DNA of 64,000 nucleotides, taken from contig RSEE01000076.1 in the NCBI GenBank assembly GCA_003971905.1, positions 124,001 to 188,000 on the forward strand, in the 5' to 3' direction. The translations under genes and the position numbers were made by a program. This DNA comes from Moniliella sp. 'wahieum' (lineage: Eukaryota). Positions 61,563 to 64,000 of this stretch are shown in pieces. Below the pieces are notes generated by a model. It was given only the letters and a program-made list of their open reading frames with translations, had not been told where the DNA came from and did not search any database. Within the stretch, counting starts at the first letter, position 1; every line of letters starts with the position of its first letter.

Positions 61563-62742
61563 TGTTGGGGCGATGCCCCAATCACCCCATCCTGCGTGAT
61601 ATTGATAGTCATCACCCCTCTTATCCGCCCGGAAGCTTCCTCAACTCCGCGGTACCCTCGTCTATATAAGGCCCTACCCTTCTCATAGCCTCTGTACCTC
61701 TCCTCAGAACCGCATCCTCCATTCCACTCCTCCTTCAGCAGGTTATGAAGCCCACTTGCGTGGGGGCGGCGGCTCGCTGCTAGCTGCCCCCACCCGCCCG
61801 CTGGGCCGCCCTGAGCCGCAGCACCCGCTGTGCCGCCACCGAGCCGCAGCATTTCCCCATCAACGCTTTCACTCAACCCACCCTCCAGGAGCTGGTCGCT
61901 CCTCCCCTGCGGCAAGACGTGCCTGGCCTCAAGACTCGCTAGCGATACAAGACCGCCGCGAGGCACAAGTCCTTCACACGAGGCACCGGCTCGGTCCCGA
62001 CGCAGACCGCTAAGCCCTCGACCACGAGGCACAAGCCCTTCCAACGTCTTCCTCACCTCGAGCTTGCTGCCGCCAGCCGTCAGCGCCTTGCCCTCCCGCG
62101 ACCCAGCTACCATCTCTCATCAAGGAAAAGGGGGTCGACCGTTTTTATCTACCAGCACCGACGTTTCGTCGGGCTGCAATTGGTTCAACAATTTATGGCC
62201 TTGCCCCTTGCCAAGAATCGCCCCTATATGCGCCCCCCTACCGACACCCGCCCACATGGTGGGGCTGTCTGCGCGTATGGGGGAGCTGGCCGCCGCATGG
62301 GGGGCTGCCCAACATTGCGTCTATTTTTACCAAGGCCATTTTCCCAACCACCCCCCTCGTCGGCGGGCCCATGGTCCAGGCGGAAGAGCAATGGTATATG
62401 GCCTTTCCCTTTCAACTGGCTTACGCACCGTCATGCTGCCGCCTTCTCGCTCCAGCGCATACAGGCCAACGTCGCCTTTGGGCCAGCAACGCTCGGTGCA
62501 CGCCTCGCAAACACAGCCGCCATCTCACGCTCTTCCCACCGCCCGCCCGAGGTCCCCCCCTGAGGAGGGGGGAGGCAGTCAAGAAGATGTTTCCCATCTC
62601 GACGACTTTCATTCTGCGCACCACGCCTCTTCTCCACACGAGGCTGGTGGGGCTGTTCGACCGCGGCACCTCTGCCGTGCCCGTTCTTCATCGCCTCGTC
62701 CGCATCCGGTCGTGGTGGGGCTGTTGGGGCGATGCCCCAATA
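61563..62742 (+). mobile_element. Non-autonomous Copia-type LTR element D (TRIM-like) with a collapsed 3' LTR
   Basis: 178-bp 5' LTR TGTTGGGG...TTCAGCA (61563-61740) containing TATATAA; PBS GGTTATGAAGCCC; purine-rich tract GTGGTGGGG; 3' LTR remnant 62722-62742; TSD TTCAG at 61558-61562 and 62743-62747. Confidence 0.75.
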
Positions 62743-64000
62743 TTCAGCACGTCGACCTTACGCTAACGTTTAACGTAGTACCTTGTGGCAAGCTTCCAGC
62801 TTTTAGCGTTTAACGTTTAACGTTTAACGTAACCTGCAACGGGTCACATGCGACGTCATAGAGTCACGCGTCATTGATTTTCACCCAGTCATCGATCATC
62901 GATCATCGATCATCCGCGCCCGCCTGCCTCAGCGCCTTAGCGACAGCGCTGAGGCTCATCGATCATCGTGCATCGAAGGGGATCAGATCGATCAGCGCGC
63001 TCAGCCTGAGCGCTGCTCAGCCGCTCAGCCGCTCAGCCTTCAACGTTCATCCGTTCATCCTCTCATTCGCTCAACGCATTCGGTCTGGGATCCGAGTAGT
63101 GATCGATGATCCAGTGTTACATGTTAGGGACTCTATACTCAGTACATGTCAATCCGACCGAGGACAGGCCGAGGGCGGCGTGTCCCAACTGGCTGCCTCT
63201 GTGCGATTACAAAAAAGATGACTGTTATTTTCCCGCCGAGCCCGTTGGAGGTGCTTGCAGGTGCGGCGAGGTGCGAGGTGCGAGCTCCAGATTAGCGCCT
63301 CTAATTTTATGCGCGTCCAGCACGCCCAGCTTCTAGGTAACCAGTGTCGCGCGTAGCATGATGCATGTGACCTGTGACATGTGACATATGCATGTGACGC
63401 GTGATGCGCGTGACGCGCCCCGCGTGAAGTGTGCATCGATTAATGCCCTGTGGAATTATATCAATCGATCGTCAGTGACATTCTCGCAGCCCACCTCCAC
63501 TCTTTTTGGCTTGCAAAACATTCCTGCGATCCCAGAGATTGAATATCCGGGCGTTCCAGGACATCCCGCCAACGCTCAACACGTGCAACGTGCAACGTTC
63601 AAAACAGTGAACTATGGCTAACGACAGCCATAATATCTCGCCGCTGTCATTGAACCCCCGCCACTGCGAATCCTCCATTGCGGTGGTATACATTACAGAG
63701 AAGATGCTTACTTAGTACCTACGCCTTGGCTCAAGGGGGTACGGTGGTGCAGTACAAGAATGGTAAGGCCGGTAAGGCTCACATGTCACATGTATAATCC
63801 CACGGTCGAAACCCATCACAAGAAACAACGTTCACAATCATTCCGTTCAACCACAGCACCTGCAATGGCTAACCACTACATCCGACACTCCTTGCGCGCC
63901 AACAGGGATGCAGAATGAGACTCACTGGATCGCGAAGGCGTTAAACGTTAATCCCGTGGTCGCTTGGTTAACTTGTTACCTCTTTTCCACGCGAATTTAT

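Overview
Eukaryotic, fungal DNA with GC-rich, intron-poor genes and short GT..CTRAC..YAG introns; the proteins look basidiomycete, possibly Ustilaginomycotina (inference). Host genes, in order: GAPDH (5' part outside the window), a ferric reductase, RPS8, a double-F-box gene, a vWA protein, complex I NDUFB9, a C2H2 zinc-finger protein, NDC1, CK2-beta, a long low-complexity ORF, PIS1, tRNA-Glu(CTC), RNA Pol III RPC17, ketopantoate reductase and a DHA1-type MFS transporter. Almost all carry single-base frameshifts, including essential genes, which points to assembly indel errors rather than pseudogenes. About 11.8-32.8 kb is a transposon nest. A Ty1/Copia element (A, 12013-23561, TSD TTCTG) carries a second, inverted, very young Copia element (B, 14507-19569, TSD TCCAT) inside its protease region. 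Around them lie two solo LTRs with TSDs, an older diverged LTR, an inverted duplicated segment that preserves A's empty site, and two copies of a tRNA-headed SINE-like repeat. A small non-autonomous Copia-type element sits at 61.6-62.7 kb. Most notable: both Copia elements end gag with an amber TAG just before the protease, exactly in frame with pol in B, in similar G-rich contexts. B also has a non-canonical primer-binding site. No database searches were run; all calls rest on motifs read by eye.
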